DNA of 64,000 nt, taken from the sequence record MH051917. One strand, written 5' to 3'. This DNA comes from Enterobacteria phage vB_EcoM_IME341. Shown here piece after piece: positions 1-10,383 of this stretch; positions within the stretch are counted from its first letter, which is position 1, and each line of letters begins with the position of its first letter. The notes under the pieces were generated by a model. That model saw only the letters and a program-made list of their open reading frames with translations, searched no databases and was not told the DNA's origin. The translations under genes were made by a program, and so were the position numbers.

Positions 1-375
1 GGAATACGAATATTCTTTTCATTAAGGGCCTGAGTACACGTAAGCATTACGGTAGTTTTTGCCGCTGATTTAGAACTAGGAAGATATCCGTTATCCTGTG
101 CAGCCTGGACAACCGAAGAACGAAGGTTTGCAGTTCCTATAAAAGATTCGTATAAAGCTGTGTTAGCAAATTGTTGCATATAAAGGGTATTATAAGCAAG
201 CATATCAATAAGGATATTCATTCGAGAACCAACGAAATCATAATCCTTAAATTCGTCCTGGCTAGAAAGCCAGTCTATAATATTCTTTTTAATTTCTTCA
301 AACGTAGCTCCCACAAATACTTTTGGGATAGCGTTAACGGTTCTTGTTAATTGGTAATTCGTAGGAGTAGCCATT
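1..375 (-). CDS. 6: baseplate wedge subunit gp6, N-terminal part (CDS runs off the window start)
   Basis: Reverse-strand ATG at 375; translation MATPTNYQLTRTVNAIPKVFVG... resembles T4 gp6 N-terminus; follows gp5.4 as in T4. Confidence 0.8.
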
Positions 376-382
376 TTAATTC

Positions 383-676
383 CTATTTTATGAATACTTT
401 GGATGAGGCTTGTGCGACTGTATCTCCGCATGAAATAGGGTCCGCCATCTGGACAGCCTTTTTGCCTGTAACATATACCTTTGATGTTCTAGGTTGGGTT
501 ACCCCACCGTGGGTTTCATATGGTTTTTTAATTTCTGTGTGTTCTGTAATAGGGTCCCCTGCAACTAATACAGGAATACCACCCGTAAATACTTTACCTT
601 GGGTGGCATTTATTACTGTAGGAGGCCACGCTTCATGACCTGCCGTTACGCATTGGTTGTAACTTAAGCCTGACAT
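383..676 (-). CDS. 5.4: gp5.4 PAAR-repeat baseplate spike tip protein
   Basis: 97 aa, same size and position as T4 gp5.4, immediately downstream of gp5/gp5.1. Confidence 0.8.
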   Translation of the reverse strand: MSGLSYNQCVTAGHEAWPPTVINATQGKVFTGGIPVLVAGDPITEHTEIKKPYETHGGVTQPRTSKVYVTGKKAVQMADPISCGDTVAQASSKVFIK

Positions 677-1234
677 TTACGGCCTCGCATATACGTATTC
701 TCTTAATTGGTGAGCCCATTTGCTCCAATTACCCACTATAACCTTGGTATAAACCTTAGTAAGGGTTTTTCTTACTGGTGCTGGAGGAGGGTCTGTTTCG
801 TTACCAGCTCTAGAATTACTCCCTCCTGAGCTCCCTGTATCACCTCCTGACGTCTCTTCCTGAAAGTCATAGATTAATGTGACAGTATAAGAAAAAGTCT
901 TCTGGAGATTGCTAGGGGCTTTCCAGAGGTATAATTGAGTGCTCTCGTCCTCTGGTAAATCTTTCCATGAACCAGCAGTTTTAAATTCATCGTTTAATCG
1001 GTATTTTAATGCATCCTCGGAGAATCCAAATACTGATTCGTAGGTTCCATATAAACGGGCCCCATCGACAATAATGCCTTCTGTAGGCTCATATTCTGTT
1101 ATATTTATTTCAACTAATGTTTCGTTTGTTTCTAATTGAGCAGTAAACGTAACATCGATTGAGGCTCCTTCCATGGAGTCTCCTAAATCTGTGCTCATAG
1201 GTAAAATATTAGCCAATGTCAATCCTCGAACCAT
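677..1234 (-). CDS. 5.1: gp5.1-like protein (position-based)
   Basis: ORF between gp5 and gp5.4 as in T4; start ambiguous (TTG 1237 / ATG 1234), overlaps gp5 3' end. Confidence 0.5.
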   Translation of the reverse strand: MVRGLTLANILPMSTDLGDSMEGASIDVTFTAQLETNETLVEINITEYEPTEGIIVDGARLYGTYESVFGFSEDALKYRLNDEFKTAGSWKDLPEDESTQLYLWKAPSNLQKTFSYTVTLIYDFQEETSGGDTGSSGGSNSRAGNETDPPPAPVRKTLTKVYTKVIVGNWSKWAHQLREYVYARP

Positions 1235-2951
1235 CAATAGTGTATTGACCTGATGCTATAGAACTCATGGTCGACATAGTTTCAGACCAATTACCGGCAA
1301 CAGTCATATCAACGTTTCCGTTTACAGACCATTTAACGTTTCCATTTACTGTGTAATCATGGTTGCCTTCAACTAATGTTTTTGCATCACCTTTAACAGT
1401 TATATCGGCATTGCCTTCAACAATAACCGTAACGTTCCCTTTAACAATAAGGGTCCCATCACCTTCTACAGTTTTGGTTTCATTACCGCGAATATGGATG
1501 CTTTCGGACCCATCAGTTTGACGGCGCACGTTTGCCATATTATAATAGGTTTCATCACCACCTATATTGACTTTATTATTACCACCAACATAAGTATTTG
1601 AATCACCTTGGGTCATATAATACCCATCAGCTACAGTCTTAGAAGTTTTACGTCCGTCGGGAGCAACTTCTTCATAACTACCAGTTGGGTGGATTAAACG
1701 ATAACGTTCTTGCCCTGGGGTGTTATCGAATTCTTGAATATGTCCACCTTCAGTTTGCATGGTTTGGACATATGGGTATTCGCCTTTATAACTAGAATCA
1801 GGCTCTTTAAAAAGAATCCTTGTGTCTTCTGGAGTCCACGGATCGGCCGGGTCTGAATTTGTAGGAGCAGCAAAAGTTTGAATCATCCTATACGAACGCC
1901 CTTTAAATTCTCGTTCTTTAGGAGCCATTATGCCGTATGATTCCATATTACCGGTAAGGATAATCATTGATACCCTTGATGCACGCCCTTTAGTTTGGTT
2001 AAACCATACCGAATTTCTAGCTTCTTCAAATGCCTTTTTATAATCGCCTACTAACATTGCACCGAGCATACCACGGAATTTAGCCAACCCACCTAATCCC
2101 ATTTGGAAAGCCATGTTTTCAAGGGCCATTTGTCTTGAACGGTTTTCTTTATTGTAAACAGGACCTACAACACTGTGCCTACCTATATCATTTTGAACTT
2201 TTTTAAGGTCCTCTTGGAATAATTTAGAAGCCTCGTCCATTGATATTGCACCAGGGTTACCTTTAACTTCACGGCCTATTTGATTAGATAATATTTTGTT
2301 TATCTGATTCATATCTCTAATAGGTTGTGGTGTAATAAGGTGGCCTATACCTATAGTAGGATACCCTTCGGTGTCCCAATATACTTTAAGACGAAGACCC
2401 TCATCACGATGAAGCATGTTTTCTATTGTGAAATTAGGATTATCGTCAGGCTTGACTTGACTTAAATCTAAACCATCAGGATTAATACCTACATCAGTGT
2501 TTGCATCTTGTATTACGTTAGAAGTCGCATCATATCCAACTTCACCACCTCGGTTTAGTGCAGCAGCATCATTACCTAAATAAAGTGGGTATTGGCCTGT
2601 TGGGTCACTAAAACCTTCATTAGGGTTTGCTTTTTGTTTTGAAGCGGAACCGTATGTACCAAGGACAAGCCCGTTTAATTTCCACTTATCAAGAAAGTGG
2701 CCATAAACTTGTGTACCCGGGACCATACCTGTCATAGCGGTTTGGATACCAGAAACAGAGGCTGAAGATGTAGGCATTAATACTGACATCCATGGTAAAT
2801 CTTCTGTACGAAGGCCTTTTACAGGGCCCTGTACCTTTTCATAGGGATGCATACCCCATACGCGTACACGCACGCGACCTTGTTTGAGAGGGTCCATTCG
2901 GTCTTCAACCACACCGACGAACCAACTTACATTATCAGACATGTTAATCAT
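1209..2951 (-). CDS. 5: gp5 baseplate hub subunit and tail lysozyme
   Basis: 580 aa; N-terminal MINMSDNVSWFVGVVEDRMDPLKQGRVRVRV, lysozyme core YWDTEGYPTIGIGHLI, C-terminal VxGNxxV beta-helix repeats; T4 gp5 architecture. Confidence 0.95.
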   Translation of the reverse strand: MINMSDNVSWFVGVVEDRMDPLKQGRVRVRVWGMHPYEKVQGPVKGLRTEDLPWMSVLMPTSSASVSGIQTAMTGMVPGTQVYGHFLDKWKLNGLVLGTYGSASKQKANPNEGFSDPTGQYPLYLGNDAAALNRGGEVGYDATSNVIQDANTDVGINPDGLDLSQVKPDDNPNFTIENMLHRDEGLRLKVYWDTEGYPTIGIGHLITPQPIRDMNQINKILSNQIGREVKGNPGAISMDEASKLFQEDLKKVQNDIGRHSVVGPVYNKENRSRQMALENMAFQMGLGGLAKFRGMLGAMLVGDYKKAFEEARNSVWFNQTKGRASRVSMIILTGNMESYGIMAPKEREFKGRSYRMIQTFAAPTNSDPADPWTPEDTRILFKEPDSSYKGEYPYVQTMQTEGGHIQEFDNTPGQERYRLIHPTGSYEEVAPDGRKTSKTVADGYYMTQGDSNTYVGGNNKVNIGGDETYYNMANVRRQTDGSESIHIRGNETKTVEGDGTLIVKGNVTVIVEGNADITVKGDAKTLVEGNHDYTVNGNVKWSVNGNVDMTVAGNWSETMSTMSSIASGQYTIDGSRIDIG

Positions 2952-3553
2952 TAGAGGGCTTTCTCCATTTCGCGAATAAGGGCAGAAATAAAGGACTCAA
3001 TATCATTAGGGTCTACAATCTTTATTTCGCGCTTATATTCATTTTTACGAATAGCATCCTCGTAAATATCTACTGCGGCCAAAGGGCCCTCATATTGAGG
3101 ATAACGTTTTTCTGTATCGCCTTTATCATACCAAGTGTACGGGTTTTCTGGAGTGTTAACAAGATTCCAGAATTTCTCACCCTTTTCATTAACATGATAA
3201 AGAACTTGATTACCACCTGCAGTAGAATATCTTTGGATAGCTGCTTGATAGGCCGCTTCTTGACCTGTAATCCAGCCGTAATAGGGGTCGTATATATTAT
3301 TGCACATCAATAAAACCCAGTATAATTGAACATTGCCATAAAGTTGATGGGCCAATTCTTCCGGACGAGGAGCCCCATTGATATAATAAGTTTTTAGTGT
3401 ATAATTTTTAGCCACTTTATCAAAATATTCTTTATAATTTCTAAATATATCAGTCATCGGCACGCTCAATACATCGGCATTGGTTAATGAGCCCGAATCC
3501 GGCTTGACTGTTTTTGATTCGTAATCGATAGGATCGAAAAATGAGAAGAGCAT
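2951..3553 (-). CDS. 53: gp53 baseplate wedge subunit
   Basis: 200 aa ORF directly upstream of gp5 on the same strand, divergent from gene 4 as in T4; SD GGAGG upstream. Confidence 0.8.
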   Translation of the reverse strand: MLFSFFDPIDYESKTVKPDSGSLTNADVLSVPMTDIFRNYKEYFDKVAKNYTLKTYYINGAPRPEELAHQLYGNVQLYWVLLMCNNIYDPYYGWITGQEAAYQAAIQRYSTAGGNQVLYHVNEKGEKFWNLVNTPENPYTWYDKGDTEKRYPQYEGPLAAVDIYEDAIRKNEYKREIKIVDPNDIESFISALIREMEKAL

Positions 3554-3564
3554 AGGGCCTCCGA

Positions 3565-3572
3565 GTATAAAT
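3565..3572 (+). promoter_or_regulatory. T4-type late promoter TATAAATA for gene 4
   Basis: Exact TATAAATA about 27 nt upstream of gene 4 ATG, followed by SD AAGGAGG. Confidence 0.6.
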
Positions 3573-3579
3573 AATATTA

Positions 3580-3587
3580 ATATTTAT
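3580..3587 (-). promoter_or_regulatory. T4-type late promoter TATAAATA (minus strand) for gene 53
   Basis: Plus-strand TATTTATA = minus-strand TATAAATA about 27 nt upstream of gp53 start. Confidence 0.6.
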
Positions 3588-3599
3588 AAGGAGGCGACT

Positions 3600-4049
3600 A
3601 TGGCTTACTCAGGGAAATTTAAACCTACAAACTTACAAAAATATAAAGGTGACTGGAAGAAAATCCAATATCGTTCCTCTTGGGAAGCATGGTTTATGCG
3701 TTGGCTTGACAACCATCCTAATGTAGTCCAGTGGAATTCAGAAGAGGTGGTTATCCCATACTTTTGCAATGCTGAAGGAAAGAAAAGACGTTATTTTATG
3801 GACTTCTGGGTTAAATTTGATACAGGTCAACAATTCTTTTTTGAAGTCAAACCTTTTAAAGAAACCCATGCTCCTGCGGTGCCTGTTAAAATGACTACGG
3901 CCGCTAAAAAGAGATATATCAACGAACACTATACTTGGTCTGTTAATACCGATAAGTGGAAAGCAGCTAAAGCTACAGCAGATAAAATGGGTATCACCTT
4001 TAGATTGATTACCGAACATTCACTGAAAAAATTAGGATGGAAAGGATGA
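3600..4049 (+). CDS. 4: gp4 head completion protein
   Basis: 149 aa, [22 protein letters not shown]... matches T4 gp4 N-terminus; synteny 4-2-3-1. Confidence 0.9.
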   Translation: MAYSGKFKPTNLQKYKGDWKKIQYRSSWEAWFMRWLDNHPNVVQWNSEEVVIPYFCNAEGKKRRYFMDFWVKFDTGQQFFFEVKPFKETHAPAVPVKMTTAAKKRYINEHYTWSVNTDKWKAAKATADKMGITFRLITEHSLKKLGWKG

Positions 4050-4873
4050 GTATATTTTCCTACATCAATGAGGCTACTGAAACCACAAAAGGTTCTAAGC
4101 CTACCCGTTCAGAACAACAATGGATAGCTTTAGGTGTTGAATATGCCAAAGCTAAGGCTAAAGGTGTCTCGGCTAAGAAATTCGCTGAAGATAAAGGCAT
4201 TAAGTATTCTAGCTTTACATCTGCGATGTCTCGATACTCGAGTCGAATTAAAACCGCTGTACAGGTTGAAAAGCTTCAGAAGAAACCTGGCAATAAATTA
4301 ACCAAAGCCGAACGTCAATTAATTTTGGTAAACAGTTTTAGAAAGAGTATTCGTGATAAGATTGCTAACGAAGGCGCTGCTGTAAACAATAAATCCGCTA
4401 AATGGTTTACAGAAACATTAAAGAAAGGAATTCGTGGACACCAGGTATCTAAACCACAACCTGGAAAGCTTTATGCTTATATCTATGACGCTAAACACAA
4501 GGATACCCTACCGTACTGGGACAAATATCCTTTAATCATTTATCTTGGGTTAGGTAAGCATAATTTAATGTATGGTCTGAACTTACACTATATCCCACCT
4601 AAAGCACGCCAACAATTTCTAGAAGAATTGCTGAAGCAATACGCGAGTACGCCTACCATTACCAACTCGACTAAATTAAAAATCGATTGGAGTAAGGTAA
4701 AAGGATTCGCTGGTGCAGACGTTATGATTAAGGCTTATATCCCTGGAAATATTAAAGGACCTTTAGTAGAGATAAAACCATCTGATTGGGCTAATGTGGT
4801 CATGATGCCTCTCCAACAGTTCATGTCTAAAGGCAAGCGTTATTCAGCTCAGAAAGTATGGAAGAACTCATAA
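4037..4873 (+). CDS. 2: gp2 DNA end protector protein
   Basis: 278 aa (T4 gp2 about 274 aa), position between genes 4 and 3. Confidence 0.85.
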   Translation: MERMSIFSYINEATETTKGSKPTRSEQQWIALGVEYAKAKAKGVSAKKFAEDKGIKYSSFTSAMSRYSSRIKTAVQVEKLQKKPGNKLTKAERQLILVNSFRKSIRDKIANEGAAVNNKSAKWFTETLKKGIRGHQVSKPQPGKLYAYIYDAKHKDTLPYWDKYPLIIYLGLGKHNLMYGLNLHYIPPKARQQFLEELLKQYASTPTITNSTKLKIDWSKVKGFAGADVMIKAYIPGNIKGPLVEIKPSDWANVVMMPLQQFMSKGKRYSAQKVWKNS

Positions 4874-4958
4874 TAATCTATTATCCCAGCCAGTTATTGA
4901 ATGGAACAGACCTAGGACCATTATACACTGTCTGGGACTTAAGCAATATAGGAACCCT

Positions 4959-5549
4959 ATGAACGGTTTATTTAACCAAACTAACACCACCAACTTTATC
5001 TTAGAGGTTAGTGACTCAGGAATGACCCAGTCATTCAAATTGAACGTACAAGATGTAACACTACCTGGTATCCATATTCCGATCTCAGACGTCCCAGGAT
5101 CGACCCAGGGTATACATCGTGCTAAGCTGCCAGGTTCTACAGTAGAATTCGACCCATTGGTCGTGAACTTTCTTGTAGACCGTGAATTGAAATCATGGCT
5201 TGATGTTTATAAGTGGATGTTGTCATTAAACAACTACGTAACCCACGAATCCGAAGCTTGGCATCCTAAAGGCTTACCTGAAGCAATTACGCTCCATATT
5301 CTTGATAATAACAAACAGAAAATCGTAATGAGCATTCATTACTACGGTGGTTGGCCATCCGACCTATCCGAAATCCAGTACTCATATAAAGAGGATTCCG
5401 ACCCTGCGATAATCGCTACAGCAACATTCAACTTCAAATCGTTTGCTGTAGAAATAGATGGTACAATAGTTACAGGTCGTCCACAAATTGATTCGTATGC
5501 CGAACAACGTGTGGCTCGTATGTCTATGCATCCATCTATGAGAAAATAA
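4959..5549 (+). CDS. 3: gp3 tail completion / sheath stabilizer protein
   Basis: 196 aa ORF between gene 2 and gene 1 as in T4. Confidence 0.7.
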   Translation: MNGLFNQTNTTNFILEVSDSGMTQSFKLNVQDVTLPGIHIPISDVPGSTQGIHRAKLPGSTVEFDPLVVNFLVDRELKSWLDVYKWMLSLNNYVTHESEAWHPKGLPEAITLHILDNNKQKIVMSIHYYGGWPSDLSEIQYSYKEDSDPAIIATATFNFKSFAVEIDGTIVTGRPQIDSYAEQRVARMSMHPSMRK

Positions 5550-6302
5550 TGAAACTAATATCAATTGTAGGAATCAAACGTAGCGGTAAGGATACCGTTG
5601 CTAACTATGTAATCGAAAATATGGATTCGGTAAAATTTCAGCTCGCGGGTCCTATTAAAAAGTATCTGGCTGAAGCCTATGAATACATCTCTGATGACCC
5701 TGTATTCGACCGTAGTTATATGCCTAAACTCGATTTTAACTGTTTTGAAGGTATCGGTTACGACCGCGAAGAAATCCTTCCTTTAAAACCATATGATGTG
5801 ATTGATATCTTTGAAAATGCTATTGTCAAACTGAATAATATCCTTCCTATTCCGGGAATTGATGTTCTTACCGCATATCATTATGGTCTTACCCCAGTCC
5901 AGTATCTGTCTGAAGAAACAAAAGACCAACTGTTTGAAGTAATAAATAAAAATAACAATTGGTCAGTACGTCGTCTCATGCAGACCCTTGGGACCGATAT
6001 TATTGTTAACCAATTTGATAAGATGTATTGGGTTAAGTTGTTCGCTTTAGACTATTTTGATAAAATATACTCTGATGCGAAATACTATGTCGTACCTGAT
6101 GTTCGTCAAACACACGAAATTGATTCGCTCAGAGCGATGGGTGCTACGATTATTCATGTAGTTCGCGCTGAAACCGGTCAAGTACAAGACTCGCACATCA
6201 CTGAAGCGGGTCTACCAATTTTACCTGGTGACGTTGTTGTTGAAAATAACGGCACTCTTTCTGAACTATACACTACTATTGATAAATTATTAGGAAATAA
6301 AA

Positions 6303-6310
<8 letters not shown>
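5549..6310 (+). CDS. 1: gp1 deoxynucleoside monophosphate kinase
   Basis: 253 aa, P-loop IVGIKRSGKDT near N-terminus; T4 gene 1 position upstream of 57A. Confidence 0.85.
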
Positions 6311-7194
<884 letters not shown>

Positions 7195-7205
7195 TTTAAA
7201 AAAGG

Positions 7206-7234
7206 TGTTTACAAGGTCTATAGGCATGATACTA
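7206..7234 (+). promoter_or_regulatory. early promoter cassette (GTTTAC -35, 17-bp spacer, TACTAT -10)
   Basis: gtttacaaggtctataggcatgatactatagacctatcaa; spacer contains inverted repeat aggtctatag/ctatagacct. Confidence 0.6.
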
Positions 7235-7272
7235 TAGACCTATCAAAACAAACTAACCAAACGGAAATCAAA

Positions 7273-7497
7273 ATGAAAACTTATCAAGAATTTATTACCG
7301 AAGCTAAAAAACACGAAGACCAACTGCCGGTTGTTACAAAAACCTTTGACGGTTCATTGGCTGATTTTAAAAAAGTCCCTAGTGATAAGCTCGCTAAATT
7401 GACCGGGAGCATCGGCGAAAAAGACGGCAAGGTCACATTTTCTGCTCAAGGCACCGCTAATCTTAAAAAACTTTTGAAAGCCGCTGGCGCTGAATAA
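7273..7497 (+). CDS. internal protein (IP) with capsid-targeting sequence
   Basis: N-terminus MKTYQEFITEAKK; 74 aa. Confidence 0.7.
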   Translation: MKTYQEFITEAKKHEDQLPVVTKTFDGSLADFKKVPSDKLAKLTGSIGEKDGKVTFSAQGTANLKKLLKAAGAE

Positions 7498-7499
7498 AA

Positions 7500-7772
7500 A
7501 TGAAAACATATCAAGAATTTATCGCTGAATCTATTCTTAATGAAGAAGTAAAAATTAACAAATCTGTTAAGACTATGATTGATAATATAAATCATCTCTA
7601 TAACATCGATTTGACTAATCATGTAACTTTAGGCAATAAGCGAAACTTTTTTGTATTTGATACTTCAGAACTCGACCAGAATCAAATTAACAATATTGAA
7701 CGTTTTGCTAATGAAAAAGGGCTGCGTCACGAAACGGCTGGTTATAAAAAGTATGCAATTTATTTAAAATAA
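7500..7772 (+). CDS. internal protein (IP) with capsid-targeting sequence
   Basis: N-terminus MKTYQEFIAESIL; 90 aa; tandem to previous IP. Confidence 0.7.
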   Translation: MKTYQEFIAESILNEEVKINKSVKTMIDNINHLYNIDLTNHVTLGNKRNFFVFDTSELDQNQINNIERFANEKGLRHETAGYKKYAIYLK

Positions 7773-7774
7773 TT

Positions 7775-7804
7775 GTTTACAACGGGCTCTAGTGATGGTA
7801 CTAT
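7775..7804 (+). promoter_or_regulatory. early promoter cassette
   Basis: gtttacaacgggctctagtgatggtactatagccctatcaa. Confidence 0.55.
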
Positions 7805-7840
7805 AGCCCTATCAAAACAAATGAGTGATTGGAGAATAAA

Positions 7841-8026
7841 ATGAAACGTTGTGAATTAATTAGAAATGTTACTGCACTGGCAGCCGTTACTGCTTTTGGC
7901 TTTAGTATGTTTGCAGGATTCATGCTCGATATGCTTTCAACTTCCGAGAATATAATCTCTTTAGTAGTGGCATTTTTAATTGGTTCAATCTCTTTCGTAA
8001 TGGATAAAATCTCTAAAGGTGAATAA
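7841..8026 (+). CDS. small membrane protein
   Basis: 61 aa from ATG after SD GGAG in the cassette 3' end; hydrophobic; ORF-track start 7829 is a TTG inside the shared leader. Confidence 0.55.
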   Translation: MKRCELIRNVTALAAVTAFGFSMFAGFMLDMLSTSENIISLVVAFLIGSISFVMDKISKGE

Positions 8027-8427
8027 TGAACGTTGAATATTATGTATATGCGGATTATGAAAATAACCCGTCTAAAGATGAAGATAACCGTTTAGGTGTT
8101 GATGCTTTTGACTCTCCTGCTGCAGCTTGGCAATGGGTTGAAAGTACTGATATCCCTTATCGTTATATTGAAGTGGTAGACCATGCAGGAAACAAGTATC
8201 CTAAGGAAGCATATATTCCTTCTGGAAAGGTAAATTTCCTTTTGTTCGCCGGTGACAACTATTATCCACGTGGTGGATACACTGACTTAATCGCAAAAGC
8301 TGCTACTGAAGATGAACTACGTAATATCATTAAAGATAACGAGAATAAGCCTTGTTACGGTTCTAATCGTTTTGACTGGTGGCAGATTGTTAATGCCAAT
8401 ACCCACACAATTGTAGACGAGGGTTAA
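8026..8427 (+). CDS. hypothetical protein
   Basis: 133 aa ORF, ATGA overlap with upstream gene. Confidence 0.5.
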   Translation: MNVEYYVYADYENNPSKDEDNRLGVDAFDSPAAAWQWVESTDIPYRYIEVVDHAGNKYPKEAYIPSGKVNFLLFAGDNYYPRGGYTDLIAKAATEDELRNIIKDNENKPCYGSNRFDWWQIVNANTHTIVDEG

Positions 8428-8712
8428 ATGCTATACGTTAAGGTTACTAATCCAGAGAATGGCTATAAATCCGATCAGGTTGCAGCTGAGTTGTTGATTC
8501 GCAATTATGGCAAAGATGCTGTTCTTGATGTTCAACAGGTTAATATAGGACGTAGTTCAAGCGATGTTAAGCTCAAAGTTAACAGCCATCGTTATAATTC
8601 TGTTAACTTTACTTTTTATACCGCAACTGAAAATGGATTGGTCGAATACGACATCTTTAAAAATCCTTTGAAGATTGCTTCTATTAAACTTGATTACATT
8701 AATATGCTTTAA
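8428..8712 (+). CDS. hypothetical protein
   Basis: 94 aa ORF directly abutting previous stop. Confidence 0.5.
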   Translation: MLYVKVTNPENGYKSDQVAAELLIRNYGKDAVLDVQQVNIGRSSSDVKLKVNSHRYNSVNFTFYTATENGLVEYDIFKNPLKIASIKLDYINML

Positions 8713-8815
8713 GAATTATGTGATATTATTACTCTATCATTAATACCCTCTATTACCAAAGGTTCTTCCCTCAAAGAATCTTTCATAATAGAATTAATCA
8801 ACTAATGAGGAAAAT

Positions 8816-9235
8816 ATGATTACTCCAATTCTTATCGATTTTAACAGCGAAACCTGGGAAAATCCAGAAATCGCTACAGAAGTATTTTATAACTGCCAAC
8901 CATCTGAAATTAACTATAATTGTTTTGACGGGAATTTAATCCGTATTTGGTTAAAATCTAAAGAACACTCGGCCCATATTGTGGCTACAGTCTGTGATGA
9001 CGAGTTATATGAAATGTGTTCCGGCGTAACAGAATTTGATGCCGATTTAATTGCTGGATGGTTATTCACTGTTTTATTTGAAGATGTTTGGTCACCAGGC
9101 GGTGAACAATTCTGTTTCAGCGAGTTTGGTAAAAAGTTAGGTGTTTTTTCTTCGGATGACACCAATTTTAATATTTCGCCTGATATTTGTGTACACTATG
9201 ATGGCCCTTCCGAAGGTTGGAATTGGTCTAGTTAA
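8816..9235 (+). CDS. hypothetical protein
   Basis: 139 aa ORF with SD GAGGAA upstream. Confidence 0.5.
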   Translation: MITPILIDFNSETWENPEIATEVFYNCQPSEINYNCFDGNLIRIWLKSKEHSAHIVATVCDDELYEMCSGVTEFDADLIAGWLFTVLFEDVWSPGGEQFCFSEFGKKLGVFSSDDTNFNISPDICVHYDGPSEGWNWSS

Positions 9236-9242
9236 GAATTAA

Positions 9243-9319
9243 GGCCCTGTAGCTCAATGGTTAGCAGCAGTCCCCTCATAAGGGAAAGGTTACCAGTTCA
9301 AATCTGGTCTGGGTCACCA
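9243..9319 (+). tRNA. tRNA with CAU anticodon (Met, or Ile2 lysidine-type)
   Basis: GGCCCTG acceptor, D-arm GCTCAATGGTTAGC, anticodon loop CTCATAA, T-arm ACCAG-TTCAAAT-CTGGT, 3' CCA; one acceptor mismatch. Confidence 0.7.
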
Positions 9320-9387
9320 ACTTTGATTAGGTAGAGCAGTCAACTTCTCCATGAATAAATATCTATATAAAATTCATGGAGAAAATT

Positions 9388-10047
9388 ATGCTTTGCCAAT
9401 ATTGTTCTAAAGAATGTAAAAACTTAAATTCACTAAAGCAACATGAAAAACGGTGCAAATCTAACCCAAATGGATTAGATATGAGCGGCCCTAATAACCC
9501 TCGTTTCGGTCTTAAAGGTGTCAATCAATTTACAAAAGCCAAAGAACTAGGTAAAGAAATAAAGGTTTCTGATAAAACCAGAGAAAAACTTAGAAAAGCC
9601 AATACAGGATATGTATGGTCTAATGAACGCAAAGAAGCACATTCTAAAAGAATGCGGCAAGCTGTTCTTGATAATCCTGATTCATATTCTGCTTCTAATG
9701 TTTCTGGTCGAGTAAAAACATATGAGTTTGACGGATTTAAATTTAAAGGGACTTGGGAATTAAAAGTTGCTAAGTTTTTAAAAGAACACAATATCAAATA
9801 TACTAATGAAATAAAGCCAATTCCTTACGAATGGGAAGGTTCAGAACATCTCTATTTTCCTGATTTTTATTTACCCACTTATGATTTTTATATAGAAGTC
9901 AAAGGATATAAAAGAGATAGAGACCTTTGTAAATGGAAAGCTTTAGAAAATTTGATAGTTTTAGAAAAAGATGAGATTTCCGATTTGTCTTGTCTTTTAA
10001 ATAAATTACGTCCCGCTGGTGTAATGGATAGCATACGATCCTTCTAA
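9388..10047 (+). CDS. putative freestanding homing-endonuclease-like protein
   Basis: N-terminal Cys cluster CQYCSKEC...HEKRC, NUMOD-like basic repeats, C-terminal PD-(D/E)xK-like FPDF...YIEVKG; inserted between tRNAs like seg genes in T4; ORF-track start 9376 lies inside a hairpin. Confidence 0.5.
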   Translation: MLCQYCSKECKNLNSLKQHEKRCKSNPNGLDMSGPNNPRFGLKGVNQFTKAKELGKEIKVSDKTREKLRKANTGYVWSNERKEAHSKRMRQAVLDNPDSYSASNVSGRVKTYEFDGFKFKGTWELKVAKFLKEHNIKYTNEIKPIPYEWEGSEHLYFPDFYLPTYDFYIEVKGYKRDRDLCKWKALENLIVLEKDEISDLSCLLNKLRPAGVMDSIRSF

Positions 10048-10084
10048 GTTTGCGGTCCTGGTTCGATCCCAGGGCGGGATACCA
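10010..10084 (+). tRNA. tRNA-Arg (anticodon UCU)
   Basis: Acceptor GTCCCGC/GCGGGAT, T-arm CCTGG-TTCGATC-CCAGG, anticodon loop with TCT, 3' CCA; first ~38 nt overlap the endonuclease ORF 3' end. Confidence 0.75.
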
Positions 10085-10342
10085 AATGAAGACTATTATA
10101 TAGTCAAGCCGTCGTATGAAGACTGATTGCCAGCATTCACCGGCGCAACAAACAAGAAACCGGGTCGCTACCGGTAAGTCGTCGGACTGAAGTTCTCTGG
10201 AGTATAGTTCCTCCCACAGTTGTACTGTGTTCTGGTTCTTTACTATCACAGCTGAAACGGCGCACCGAACACTTGCCTAGCAGGTGGAACCCCGACAAGG
10301 TTGCCGCAAGGCATAGCCCCTTCCGAAAGGTTGGGGCTTTTT
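10085..10342 (+). ncRNA. candidate structured small RNA(s) downstream of tRNAs
   Basis: About 260 nt without ORF, GC-richer than surroundings, ends in strong terminator; T4 encodes stable RNAs C/D of unknown function in its tRNA cluster. Confidence 0.3.
10315..10342 (+). terminator. intrinsic terminator
   Basis: agcccc-ttccgaaaggtt-ggggct followed by TTTTT. Confidence 0.65.
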
Positions 10343-10383
10343 GGCATAATAAATAGATAAGTTAATTAACTTAGGAAATAATA

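Noticed and set aside
351-638. Plus-strand 95-aa ORF
   Set aside because: Lies entirely antisense to gp5.4 and the gp6 start, which have strong homology support.
9243-9319. Alternative reading of the first tRNA anticodon loop giving a UCA (opal suppressor) anticodon
   Set aside because: That register puts C at position 33 and breaks the anticodon stem; the CAU register gives U33/A37 and a 4-bp stem.
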